Below, piece by piece: positions 37,594 through 51,700 of a stretch of 64,000 nucleotides of DNA; the first letter of the stretch is position 1, and each line of letters begins with the position of its first letter. The translations under genes and the position numbers were made by a program. A model generated the notes under the pieces. It had not been told where the DNA came from. It ran no database searches and saw only the letters and a program-made list of their open reading frames with translations. This DNA comes from Paraspadella gotoi (Eukaryota; Animalia; Chaetognatha). Where the stretch lies: positions 522,272-586,271 of the forward strand of contig CM119269.1 of NCBI GenBank assembly GCA_051294375.1. The letters run 5' to 3'.

Positions 37594-39618
37594 AGGCCGC
37601 TTTTTTAAAAGGAAAAAAAAAATTACGAGGCTCAGATAACGAAGGCATGGTGGCCGACCGAGGTGTAATCAATCCAATAAGTTTGCGAAAGAATTTGAGG
37701 GGAAAACAAAAGGGTGAGAGGGAGAGAGAGAAAGAGGCTGTAGGTAGAAAAACAATGATGTGAACCAAATATATAAGTGAAAATTTATATCGTGAAAAAA
37801 GGAAATTGAGTGAGAGAAAGAGAAATAGTATTATGCGGATAGGTGAAGGCAATAAAATTTAAAATCGCATATTTGGGTCTCGCTACCTAAAGACAATTTT
37901 AATTAAAAGTAAAAAAATTAAACTAAAAAAAACAACCCTTCGGGATCCCAAGTTTTTAAAGACACGATTGTTCGCGAGAAGCCGTTTAAAAAGCTTTTAA
38001 AGATCTGATAGGCCGTGGGGAAAGTATGAAAGCTAAGAAATAGTACACGCATATTTTGACAGCCAAGGGGTTTGCAGCGCCGCGAGTTAGTTCGTAAGAA
38101 AACAACGAGAAAAAGATTATGAGCGTCAGGGAAATCTGTCGGCGAAATGTCATCCGGCTTTNNNNNNNNNNNNNNNNNNNNNNNNNNNNNNNNNNNNNNN
38201 NNNNNNNNNNNNNNNNNNNNNNNNNNNNNNNNNNNNNNNNNNNNNNNNNNNNNNNNNNNNNNNNNNNNNNNNNNNNNNNNNNNNNNNNNNNNNNNNNNNN
38301 NNNNNNNNNNNNNNNNNNNNNNNNNNNNNNNNNNNNNNNNNNNNNNNNNNNNNNNNNNNNNNNNNNNNNNNNNNNNNNNNNNNNNNNNNNNNNNNNNNNN
38401 NNNNNNNNACTTTTTATTTCCGCGCGAAAAGGAAAAAAAGAAAATATGGAAAATGAAAAGGAAAAAAAGGGGAAAAAAGGAAAAAAAAGGGAAAAAAGGG
38501 GGAAAAAAGAAAATATGGAAAATGAAAAGGAAAATGAAAAGGAAAAGTATTTACTTAAAAAAAATATAATCCTTTCGTTTCAAGAGCTCAAACAGAAGGC
38601 TTCACCGAGTGGAAAAAAAGGGAGATATGCGTGAAAGAAAGAGGGACAGAGAATAAGTATATAGAGGACAGAGAGTAAGTATTAGAGATGGACAGAGAAG
38701 TAAGTATTAGGAGAAGACAGAGAAGTAAGGTAATAGAGAAGACAGGAGAAGTAGTAGTAGAGAGGACGAGAAGTAAGTAGGTAGAGAAGACAGAGAAGTA
38801 AGTAGTAAGAGAAGACAGAGATATTAAGTAATTGAGAGAGGCAGAGAAGTAAGGTATTAGAGAGGACAGAGAAGTAAGTATGAGAGAGGACCGAGGCAAG
38901 CGGGAGAAATGTGAGCAACGAGAGAGTCTGCATTAGAAGTTCGATATTCGTTGTGCTTCACGATTAGCGTTCTCTCGGGAAAGAAGAAGAAACCCAATGT
39001 TTTTTTTGGACTAAAGGATAATTTCAAGGATGTTGGAGAAAGGAACTGCTTGGCGCCCGTTTTTATCGCGTATAAATACTCTCTGTAAATAACAGGATCT
39101 TTTTACAGAAGTATTAACATTACCCGTCAAATTAATGCTGAGAAAAGTATGGAGATATTAGGTAACTTGCAATATTAATCAATTTAAATATTCAGAGCTC
39201 CAGGATTTTCGATATAAAACCAGACTCGGGTTTATATAAGGTTTTTATTAGAATTCAATAAGTTGATTCAGTACAGAAAATAACAAAACATACATACTAA
39301 GTCTGCAAAATACGTTATAAAAGACGAGGAAAGAGAAAAAATAATGATGATAATAAAGTAATAACAGTAAACAATATTTAATATTTTTTCATGTCGTAAA
39401 AAAGGGAATCAAACCCTGAACGAAGGAATTTTTCCAGAAAAATCTTAGAAATAAAGTCTTTCTACGTTGTTAAGTGCATGATTAACCAACAAGTTCCTGG
39501 CTTTTCCCATAGTTGATTTTTACTAAAAATTTAGTAAAGTATCAGTTATACCTGCGCCGCTTCGAACCGGCACTATGCCACGCCCACCCTTCTAAAAGTT
39601 CGCCCCCAAATGCACACG

Positions 39619-40587
39619 TAGGGCGTTGAAAAATAACGAAATATAAACAAATCAAGTGAGGTACATAGCTATTTTAGTGTAATAAAGTCTGTGGAATCGA
39701 TGATGATAACCATTTTTTTGTATAGTCCATCTTCTTTGTCGGAAATGACGATTTTTGCAGGCATATAAGGTCTATTAAAATGGAGAAACATTGTAGAGTT
39801 AAGAAACCAAATTATTAGATTTATAAAAGCCATATTTAACTTACATATATAAAATAAAGACCCATATAAATATTTTGGAAGATTTATTTACAAATTTTAT
39901 ATTTTCATTATAATAGTTAGCTATTATATTTAATAAATAATAATAAAAAATAAGCTAAAGTGAAAAAAAATAAAAATTTTTAAAATTTTTGAAAACCAGA
40001 TTGAATTCCTTACAAAAAGTTGATATAAGAATAATATACATCCATTTAAAAAACTCTTCATTAATAGGTTAAAAATATAACAAACCTATATATTTTTTGT
40101 TAATTTTTCATTTTGGCTTTAAAATTATAGTTTTTCTGATTTTGACCAACTTAATGACATTATTTTGTGATTTAAAAATTATATTTCTATATATCAACTT
40201 TTTGAAAAGAATGCAAATCCATGAAAAAATTTTTTGAAATGATTATTTTTAACTTTAGCCAATTTTTACTCATAATATATTAATAAATATAGTTAACTAC
40301 TTTTATAAAAACATTTAAAATTTTAGAAATTAAATTACCAAAATATTTTATAATCTTTATTTATATTCAAAAGCTCATATAATTTTATAAAATTTTAATA
40401 TATATGATTTATCATAACTTATAATGGTTTTTAATAATTTTAATACATTAAAAACCTTTATTTTCGACAAGAAAGATTAAATTATACCAAAAAATGGTAT
40501 CACCATCGGAATTCTACAGACTACATTACACTAAAATAGTATGTACTCACTTGATTTGTTATATTTTGTTATTTCTTCAACGCTCTA
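39619..40587. mobile_element. MITE / non-autonomous DNA transposon with long TIRs (hAT-like ends)
   Basis: Left end tagggcgttgaaaaataacgaaatataaacaaatcaagtgag..., right end ...ctcacttgatttgttatattttgttatttcttcaacgctcta. Flanked by a ~7-8 bp tgcaca(c)g duplication. The empty site aaatgcacagtacact is at ~50296 in the second copy. Confidence 0.85.
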
Positions 40588-43500
40588 TGCACAGTACACT
40601 GTACACTACAGTGGATATAATAGGTCGGCGTCCCGTATACGCCCAACGTCGACGCAGCTCTATTTTAAGAAGCAACAGGCCAAACGCGGTTCAAGTAAAA
40701 TAAGTAATCCGATTTTTTTTTTAATTCAAACTTCTACTGATCTTCAACTTTTATCATTCTTTTCATTTAACTCTCTCGGGAGCGTTTTGTCGAGTTCACG
40801 TGAGACTAATGTAAATAAAGCGCTTACATCACAGCCTCGAAATTCAGGCCCGTCTCTTCTTTCTCTAGTCAAACTTTATACAACCTCTGATGAGCGGAGT
40901 TTATGTCCAACATATCTTGACGATGAACTGGAGACGTTACGACGAAGCAAGATGAAGACAGATGTTACAAAATGACACGATCAAATCGTTTGACAAAAAT
41001 GCACACGATCGAATCGTTTTGACAAAATGACACGATCGAATCGTTTGACGATTGCAATGAAGACATGAGCGAAGTCGATGACGACAGATCGAAGATCGAA
41101 AGGTTGGCGAGGAAAAAGTCATGAATTCGACTCTTGACTTATAAGATTACGTTAATTACGACGTCTCAGTAGACATTTACGAGGCGAAGGAAGACGACGG
41201 ATGCGAAGAGAAACAATTCAAACAGTTTGAGATCATACTCGTTCGATTCGCTGCCACGTTTTCTCCTGCCCTTCCCACCCCCCTTCCCCACCCTATCCCT
41301 CCCCCCTTATTCCTGACACCTTCCCTTTCACCCACCCGGTCAAAAAGTCGTTAAGTTTTCGACGCCATCCGAGTATTTACTCGAAGGGACTTTTTTTTTT
41401 TTTGCTTTCTGTCGTTTTCATTATTATCACTTTAAGTCTAACTTGTTTATGACTTTTTTCTTTTATTTTGTGGCAAAATTTAAAATCAATAAAAAAAAAA
41501 TATTTTTTTCTCAATAAAAAAAATTCTTTGGCAAAAAAAAAGTCTATAATTAATTTTATTGTTTGCTTATTGTATATTTATTGGTTTATTGTTTGTTTTT
41601 CTTTTCTTTGAGTGAGGATCGCCAAGGAAATTTAAAATTTGTAAACTAATTCTTTCAACCTTCCTGATTCCTATAAGAAATTCTCTTATTGCAGAGCCTA
41701 TGTCATAGGTGCTATGCCTAATTCCTATCTATACCATAGTTGCCTAACTTTGATGTGAGCATAAATCGTTTACATCTTCAGTTCTTCAGTCCTTCAGTCT
41801 TCAGTTCTTCAGTTCTTCAATTCTTCAGTACTTCAGTTCTTCAGTTTTTCAGTTTTCATTTTTCAGTTTTCAGTTCTTCAGTTCTTCAGTTTTCAGTTTT
41901 TCAGTTTCTTCCGTCCTTCCAGTGTTTCGTTTTTCAGTTCTTAAGTTCTTCAGTCTTCACCTCTGATTTCAAGCAGACGCAATATCTACTTTCCTCATTC
42001 TCTGTACTACGTCGTGATATTCTGGTAGTTTTTGCAGTCTGCAGTCTGATCCTTTTCCCCCTCTTTTTTTCTCCTAATGTCTTTCTCTTCTCTTCTTTAA
42101 TTACTCTCATACTCTTACGAATTTGTCGATCTCAATATAAAATACTCATTTGTATTTCTTTTTTTTTTTACCTACTTCCCTTTATTTTTTTTTTTTTTTA
42201 TTGGACGCAAAAGTACGTAATAATCATAGTAGTGCATGCTTAATGGCTCGGTGCGCCTCGTTGAAACGTTGCCAATTTTTACCAGCATTTTTTTTCCACG
42301 CCGATTATATCTTTCTCTCACTTCATTGTTTTTCGTCGTCGTAGACTCGTTGAAATTTACCTGATACAAACTTATTATTTTTTTCATTTGCATTGCAGCG
42401 TTTCAGCTTTGCTTGTAAACAGATTCCGGCTCTATGATTACTTCGTCAGTCCGGCGGTGCGCCTCCACAATCTTGTCAGTAAATTCACTAAATCTCTCAG
42501 AACACAAATTATGATAAATTATCAAAAAAAACGATGTCAATAGTCCCGTCAGACCCAATCGTTTGAACGCCTATTACTTGATCGGGATTGACATGTTGAC
42601 TGAGCTGAAACTTAAGTTTGATGGAATCTGTTCAAGTGGAAATGAGTTTAAATGGAAAAAAAACAAAAAAAACCCCGTTTCACTCTTTTGATCATTTATG
42701 CTTTTTTTAGATTAAATTTAAATACATAAATCCAACTTGTAATCAATTAATATTTTATTATTAAATTTATTTATTATTTGATCAGTCCGCTTACCGCGAA
42801 TGATCGTGAGCAGATCCGCATTGTTTGCTCAAGACTTTTTTTTTACTTTTCTCACGACCGTTCGATGTCACCTTATAATACGTCAGCCAAGAGTTCATCC
42901 ATCGACGTCCAAAGAAGCTTTTAAGCTGAATTTTCATGTTGTTGTAGCATCATGGTAACTAGAACCTTTTACGTGACTCATAAAGATAATCATTATGCTA
43001 TTATTTTTTATAGTGAAGAGAATACGCTCGATGAGATTTTCGTTGTTCTCTCCTTGCCTCTTCATGAAGGAGAAAAAAAAGAAAAAAAAATAAAAAAAAT
43101 AGGTTAAAATTTAAAAAAAAATTAATTTCAATGAAAAAAAATCGAACGTTAAAAATATTCGATTCTTTAAATTTATAAGCTTAAGAGACATCTTTAGAGA
43201 CAGCTTTAGAGACAATGCTTTAGAGGACTCCCGAAAACGAGGCCGACACGAGTACACGACAACATAACGACGTACGACGTTATTTAAAGAAAGCGCTTTG
43301 TCCCGGAATTTATCTGATTTACACACTTTCAGGCACATTTTTAGTTAAAGACAAAAAACCTTTTTCAAAGTCAAGCTCGAGCCCTACATTTCCTTCATTT
43401 TATCTTGTTTATCTGTAAGGAAAAGGAATCTTGAAAATTTTTCTCAGTTAAGTCACCATAATTGTTCGTCTATTTTTTCTTTGACTAGATTAGCTACTAA

Positions 43501-44448
43501 TTTGTAATGGACAGTTTTAAATATATCACTAAATGAAGTAATTCGTTAAGCATAAGTATTATCTTGATTTCATGTAGACATTATACTGTGTCTACATATA
43601 AAAAAGAACGGATTCAGATGTGTTTGCACTGCCTAAACCTTTTTAGTATGTGTATTTTTGGGTGATCATCTGACTACATAACTGATGTGTTCTTACCTGA
43701 CTATTACAAAACGGAATACCGGTGTATAGTCGGTGAAGGCTGCTCCCGTAAGTGATCTATCTTCGGATTATAGAAACATTCTGTCTCTCTTCCTACCCAA
43801 ATATGAACTTGATTGATGCGTATTACCCGACTTATGAGCATTTAAAATAGATTAGGCATAGACCATTCCAAGCCGACGACTGAACGACAGACCGAAAAGT
43901 GACTTATAGAGTTACATCGCGAATACTCTCGGCGGCAACTAAAATGTCAGTTTGATCGATAGTTAGTTTAGAAGAACATAGATAGCGAGATTAGATAGCG
44001 GATATAGCAGATAAAGTCCAACGGAACCCGGTTGCTGTTTTGTTTGAAATGATTCTCGAATTTCGTCGGAAGGTCGAGCACTGAAGGAGAAATCTAATCT
44101 GGATTCGAATCTGGAATCGAGATCTTTGATATCCAATAAAACAAAAAACAAAATACTTATCAGCTCAAAAAATCAATATATCGAGTCGAAGGAAATGAAT
44201 ATTTTATGTAAATTGAGGTCGCGAGAAGTTGCGGAGAAGCGATACAAACAAACTCGAGGGCCAAGAAACGGGAATAATATAATATAAACCAAATACTAAG
44301 GCAAGAGGAAGAATTAATCCACTCGTCTGACATTTGTGCGATTCCTGTCTCTAAAATTTTTAAAGACATACGATATGTTTTTATCTTTTATGATATTTGT
44401 ACTATTTGAGTTTATATAATATCATTTTGTACTCTTATCTGTTACGCT

Positions 44449-44483
<35 letters not shown>

Positions 44484-47400
44484 TTTTTTTTTTTCGCTTT
44501 GACTCAGCTCTTTGTTTTCTAGATAATTTTTTCTTTTTAAATTTTTCTTTTAATTTTCTGAGTGGTCTTTTCATACAATTGAAACATTCTTTGAAATATT
44601 ATACCACTTCAATGATAGAAAGCCAGTACTCTGTGGCAGAACTGTGAGAGAGGGTTCATGATAAAAAGCTTGGCAGAACCTGCTATTTATTATCTTTGTA
44701 AGAAGGAGGATGTAAACGATAACCACTCGAGGTACGAACCCAAATAACGGACACTAAAATCAACTGAACCTTTTCACGTTTTTCCCTCCCCCCCCCCCCC
44801 GCCCCTGGGCCCCACCAGAAATCCCTTTATACTGGTCTCGCCGCTCATTCCATATTGGGGTCAGCCCCGGCGCCGAAAACTTTATCGATCTGTTAGCCCG
44901 ACTTCGAGGAGGCTCGACAAGAAAGCGGGAGGGAGTGGAAGGAGGCTTTGTGATCCTCTTAGTCAATACCTGTACGCCTCATCTTCAGATCCCCCTCCCC
45001 ACCCTCCCCAAGAGGTCCACCGTGGGAATTCCGGGCGGCGTTATCTTCACCTTTATCTTCGCGCGAAAGAAACAGGGTCGCCTTTGTCTGCCTCTTTCGA
45101 TTCTCCTTCCCACTTCCACTTCCACTGCCTTTCTTTCGATTCTCCCTTCCCACTTCCCAACAAAAAAAAAAAGTAGGCTGAAATGAATTCGAGTTTCATC
45201 ATATACATTACATGACATCAATCTCTCTTATTTTTTCTTATTTAAACGGTAAACATTTTTTTTTTTCCTGTAAAAAAAAAAAACAAACTTCATTTTTTCA
45301 TCTTCTTTATCTTCTTTTTCATATATGCATTTGCATATTCAATGCTTAAATTTCTTTAAAAAATTAATATCTTAGATGACAGTCCAGAAAAGCAGAACGG
45401 AAAAAAACTTTTTTACTGAGTCGCCTTTGAGCGCGATTTTATTACTGAAAACTCATTTCTCGCAAAGTCCTTAAAGGAGGCGATATTTTTAGTTGCCCAG
45501 TGTCTATTATCGCGGAGCACTCTATAATATCTTTTCTCGGTCGGTTTGTCGGTCGGTCGGCTCTGTCCCAACTTACGTTTAAAAATGCTCATAACTCATT
45601 TGTTAAGAAGGGAAAAATCCACAAATTAAAATTGCTGCTAGCGCCGACTTCATTAAAAATCCTAAACTATAAAGAACCAAAGACAGAATAATCCGATGCA
45701 GAGCTTTGTCATAAATATAAAGGCTAAAAAGTTATTGTCATCGTCATATAGTCACGTGATCACACAGGGAAATATACAACGTAAAAAATAAAAGTCACTG
45801 ATGAGCGCATCAAATTGGATGAATCGATTCTTATTTTTGTTTTTTTCAAAATGGATAACGGTGTGACCTTTCAGCTGTCCACGGAGAAGACACATTATGG
45901 ACGCTACGGGAGCAATCGGAGTATTTCAATGCCGTCGTGGAATTCTCTCGAGCACTCAGGTAATAACATTAATAATCAGAAGGGGAATAAAAGCTCGCTT
46001 CATAAAGAGCCACGTGGTGAGAAAGTAGGCTATTTTTAGTGGCGAAAATTGGGAAGAAGCATAGCGTAAGATAAGTGAGAATAAATATCGTCGCTGAAAG
46101 ATGTGGTGTTCATTTTAAAATTAACGTAGGAAACAAAGGTGAAGCCATTTCAAGTTATAGAGTGTTACGTAAAGATTTCGGCTTGTGCGGTGGTGAATCG
46201 ACGGATCTGGGGAGTATGCTGAGAGGGAAGATTCTTTGGATAGATTAATTTTCTAGGATGTGGCGAGGGTACTCTGTAGAGTTTCTCTAGAATAAAAATA
46301 GAGAATTTCATAGGATGAGATTCGATCTCGGAGGGCATGGAGAATAGACATTGAGGTGAGAGGTAATGGAGTATAATATACAATCCGTATTCGCAGCAAA
46401 TTCGAGACTCCTCGGAAAGCCAATAATTTCGCACTGAGCATTCAGTTCCTCTGTTCTAAACGAGTTAAAGTTGCCGGACTCAGAACACGAAACAATGACA
46501 TGACTGTTTCTCAGATTTCGGATCTAAACAAAGTCAAGGTTTTTTGGTTTGATTCCAGACGATAAGCAGGCCACACGGTGATAAAGTACCGGTGTAGCGA
46601 GAAACCTCCACAACGCTCTGATCTTTTGTGAGGAGAGAGGACAGAGAAGGAAGGAAGGGAGAAGAGAGTTGACATGGAAGAGCAAACTGATTGCGAAGTG
46701 TACGTAAGGTAGAGAGAGGAGAGGTAGAGGGGAAAGATGAGGATGCTAAGTAAGATGAGAGGAGAGAAAGAGAAGATGCGAGAGGGAGACGATGTAAGAG
46801 GTGTTTGAATGATATAAGGTTATAAAATTATGTTATTGCTGTGAGCAATGGGAGAAAGGAATGCATTGTTTTGGAGAATACTTCGAGGAATTCTGCATCC
46901 CCTTTTGTTCGGCCGGCCCTGAATTTCTCAAACGACCGCTCTTCTCCAATCAGCTTCCCAGCTAACTTCCTACGCCCCTCACAGTCGCGTCTGTCTCTAG
47001 TATCCTCTCTTTTAATACGCTTCTGTGATCACTAACACTTCACCCATGCACTATGCCATCTGCTGCGTTTCTTAGCCCGAGTTTGCCCACCCGACACTTC
47101 CCTGCCATGGCGCGAACATCTCCATCTGTTATTTGTTGAATTCATAGATATTATCACTACAGATACATGTATGGTGCCAGTATGTGTGATGAAGAGCGTA
47201 CTCACTTCTCTTCCTCCCCTTAATACCTTGAGACGACCGGTCGATCAGTTTTTTGCTGGGTTTATTTTAAATAAGGAAATAACGCAATTTAAAAATTTTC
47301 ACTAAGGACCAATGTCCGGGGTTAATGTATAAGGTAAAGGGCGGTAATTTTTCGGTTTTTTCAAAATTGGTAGTAGTCTATTCGAATAGGATTTATTCTC

Positions 47401-49314
47401 TATATGTTAACATCAACAAATCTTTTTTAATTTATACTAATTTTATTCATTTATTATTGTCAATGCATATCATCTTCAACTACCCTCATGGACACCACTA
47501 ACCCCAGCCCTCCTTCATGTTCTAGGATGCTCTGTTTTTCTTTTAGTTTTAATTGTTTTTTTTTTTTTTCTCCGTTTTTTCTTCGACTATTCACGTTCAT
47601 GAGAGGGAACTTTATTAGGACACTCTCCACAGGGAAGAAGAATGAAATGGAGAGGGAGAGGAAGGTGAGACGAGAGAAGAGAGAGTTGAGATAAGATAGA
47701 GATGAAGAGGGGAAGATGAGAGATGCAGAGAAGAGAGAGAATGAGAGATGGATAGGAAGAGATGATTAAGTGGAGGGTTTAGGTGGCGAAGGATGGAGGG
47801 GAGGTTCTGGTTAAGAGTGGTTGAAGGTATAAGTGTGTTTGTGTGGTTGTGAGATTAGAGTGGTCTTCGAGATTGAGGGACTTCTAGCGAGGGTTTTAGA
47901 AGAGAAGCGATATTTCAATGAAAATTTTACTCTATTAAGATTTATTAGGTTAAGAGAATTCATACGACACAGTAATTAAGAATTTATAAGTGAGAATAAT
48001 TTTCTCCGAAGGAATAAAATACATGAACAATATAGAAGAACCAATAAGACAATATAATATAAAGATAAGTTAGAAAATAAATATTACCGGTCAATCGAGT
48101 CTCCAGAGACATAGATATAGAGGCATTTATGGCGACAGGTGAGTAAACAAATTGAAAAAAACACATTCAGACTGAACTGAATTATCAGGGAAACGGGATG
48201 AAATTTCAAACCTCAGACGATGATTTAAACTCTCTCCTCTAACCTCATTCTTTTCCACAGTTGCGAGACAAAGTAGTATCCACTATTTGGTACGCTTCTA
48301 AACTGATACGAAAGGGTTTCCGTTGGCGCGGTATTTGGCTGGAGATAAAGGACTCATGTTTTTTTTTTTCCTTCAAAACATTTACCAAAAATTTTTTTTT
48401 TTTTTGGACTTTGTGTGTTCTTTTCTTTCTTTTTATTTTGTTTTCAACTTGTCTAATCTTTTACTTTAAATATGACGAGGGAAGCGTTGAAATTCTCAAC
48501 AATAAATTCGATCGATCTATAACATCCGCTCCAGAACACGCGCCGTGCTGTTGTCCAGGCAATTAAGACAAATTTAATAATTGGTCTCATTATAATGAAT
48601 TATTGCGCTCGATCGATGGTATCCACCCCTTTTCCGATTTCGTACAATGACTTTCGGATCTCTCCTCCCTTTTTTTTTTCGAGAGCCTTCCTCGTTTTTT
48701 TTTTCTTCATTGCGAGACTCCCCTGTTTTGTGCGGCGATTTAGCGGGAGATTACGCGGCGATTTTAAAGTGATTCGCCGTCGATTAAAGATCGTTTCGTC
48801 GCTGATTATGACGAGGGCGTAGAGAGAAGCCGCGTCCTCGGGGCCAAAGCACCTCGTTATGAAAAAACATTAAACGATGAAAAACGCCTTTTCCGAAAGA
48901 CGACGATAACCGAGGCGGCGGCGGAGGCGGGGGCGGGGCGCGGCGGAGGCGGCGAGGACTGGGCGGCAGGGTAGGATACGAAAGTCGAGATGTTACGCTG
49001 GCCGCGATGCGGCGCAGGCGGCGGAGCAGGAGGGGCGCGTGCGGACGAACAGAAAGATAATCACCGTATTAAGACAACCGACCTGAGGGGATGCTGACTT
49101 TAAGTGCAGACCAAGTTCAAACCCATCCTTTGAGATACTCGTGTTTATTTCATTTTCACTAAAACGTTGAATAAAAAAATAAAGCGATTATAGAATTTAG
49201 AAAGTCGGTGAAGGAACGGGCCGAAGNNNNNNNNNNNNNNNNNNNNNNNNNCAAGAGCATCCAAACAGAAGGCTCACCGAGTGGAAAAAAAGTGAGAGAT
49301 GCGTGAAAGAAGAG

Positions 49315-49560
49315 GGGACAGAGAAGTAAGTATTATAGAGGACAGAGAAGTAAGTATTAGAGAGGACAGAGAAGTAAGTATTAGAGAAGACAGAGAAGTA
49401 AGTAATAGAGAAGACAGAGAAGTAAGTAGTAGAGAGGACAGAGAAGTAAGTAGTAGAGAAGACAGAGAAGTAAGTAGTAGAGAAGACAGAGAATTAAGTA
49501 TTAGAGAGGACAGAGAAGTAAGTATTAGAGAGGACAGAGAAGTAAGTATTAGAGAGGACC
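49315..49560. repeat. 24 bp minisatellite (noisy twin at 38640-38890)
   Basis: About 10 copies of gacagagaagtaagta(t/g/a)tagaga(g/a). Confidence 0.9.
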
Positions 49561-51559
49561 GAGGCAAGCGGGAGAGAAATGTGAGCAAGAGAGAGTCTGC
49601 ATTAAAGTTCCGATGATTCGTTGGTGCTTCACGATTAGCGTCTCTCGGGAAAGAAGAAGAACCCAATGTTTTTTTTGGGACTAAAGGATAATTTTCAAGG
49701 ATGTTTGGAAGAAGACTGCTTGGCGCCCGTTTTATCGCGTATAAATACTCTGTAAAATAACAGGATCTTTTAAGAAGTATTTAAACATTACCCGTCAAAT
49801 TAGATGCTGAGAAAAGTATGGAGATATTAGGTACACTTGCAAATATTAATCAATTTAAATATTCAGAGCTCCCAGGATCTCTCGATATAAAACCAGACTC
49901 GGGTTTATATAAGCGTTTTTATTAGAATTCAATAAGGTTGATTCAGTACAGAAAATAAACAAAACATACATACATAAGTCTGCAAAATACGTTTAAAAGA
50001 CGAGGAAGAGAGAAAAAATAATGATGATAATAAAGTAATAACAGTAAACAATATTTAATATTTTTTTCATGTCGTAAAAAAGGGAATCAAACCCTGAAGA
50101 ACGGAATTTTTCAAGGAATAAATCTTAGAAATAAAAGTCTTTCTACGATTGTTAAGTCATGATAACCAAACAAGTTCCTCTTTTCCCATAGTTGATTTTT
50201 ACTAAAAATTTTAGTAAAAGTCATCAGTTATACCTGCGCCGCTTCGAGACCGGCACTTCTGACCACGCTCCATCCCTTCTAAAAGTCGCCCCCAAAATGC
50301 ACAGTACACTGTACACTACAGGTGATATAATAGGTCGGCGTCCCGTTATACGCCCAACGTCGACGCAGCTCTATTTTAAGAAGGCAACAGGCAAAACGGT
50401 TCAAGTAAAATAACGTTAATTCCGATTTTTTTTTTAATTCGAACTTCTACCGATCTTTCCACTTTTATCATTTTTCATTAACTCCTCGTCCTATTTTCGC
50501 CTCGGGATGCGTTTTGTCGAGTTCACGTGAGACTAATGTAAATAAAGCGCTTACATTCACAGCCTTCGAAATTCAGGCCCGTCTCTTTCTTCTCTAGTCA
50601 AACTTTATACAACCTCTGATGAGCGGAGTTTATGTCCAACACCTCCGTTAAATATTTTGACGATGAACTGGAGACGTTTACGACGAAGCCAAAGATAAAG
50701 ACGAAGATGTTGACAAAAATGACACGATCGAATCGTTTTGACAAAAAATGACACGATCGAATCGTTTGACGATTGCAATGAAGACATGGAGCGAAGTCGA
50801 TGACGAAGATCGAAGATCGAAAGGTCAAAGTTGGCGAGGAAAAAGTCATGAATTCACTCTTGACTTATAAGATTACGTTAATTACGACGTCTCAGTAGAC
50901 ATTTACGAAGGCGAAGAAGACGACGATGACGAAGAAGAAAAACATTCAAAACAGTTTTGAGATCATCACCTCGTTCGATTCGCTGCCAACGTTTTCTCCC
51001 CTTGCCCTCCCCCCCCCTTGCCCACCCTATTTCTCCTTGCCTCCCCCCTTGCCCCACCCTATTCCTCCCTTATTCCTGACACCTTCCCTTTCACCCACCC
51101 GTCAAAAAAGTCGTTAAGTTTTCGACGCCAATCCGAGTATTTACTCGAAGGACTTTTTTTTTTTTTGCTTTCTGTCGTTTTCAAATTATTATCACTCTAA
51201 CTGTTATGACTTTTTTCTTTTCTTTTATTTTGTGGCGAAAAATTTAAAATTCAATAAAAAAAAATATTTTTTTCTTCCAATAAAAAAAATTCTTTGGCAA
51301 AAAAAAAAGTCTTATAAATTAATTTTTTATTGTTTGCTTATTGTTTATTTATTGTTTTATTGTTTGTTTATTCTTTTTTTCTTTGAGTGAGGATCGCCAA
51401 GGAAATTTACAAATTATGTAATACTAATTCTTTCAACCTTCCTGACTTCCTATAAGAAATTCTCTTTTGCATAGCCTATGTCATAGGTGCCTATGCCTAA
51501 TTTCCTAATGCCTATACCATAGTTGCCTATCTTTGAATGTTGAGCATAAATCGTTGTAC

Positions 51560-51700
51560 ATCTTCAGTTCTTCAGTCCTTCAGTCCTTCAGTTCTTCAGT
51601 TCTTCAGTTCTTCAGTACTTCAGTTTTTCAGTTCTTCAGTTTTTCAGTTCTTCAGTTCTTCAGTGTTTCAGTTTTTCAGTTCTTCAGTTCTTCAGTCCTT
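51560..51700. repeat. 8-bp (ttcttcag) tandem repeat (twin at 41775-41960)
   Basis: Read directly from the sequence. Confidence 0.85.

Noticed and set aside
50598-50849. ORF with a hydrophobic stretch (IFVNIFVFIFGFVV) and its twin at 40937-41122
   Set aside because: The frames disagree between the two noisy copies and there is no recognisable domain, so a coding call cannot be supported.
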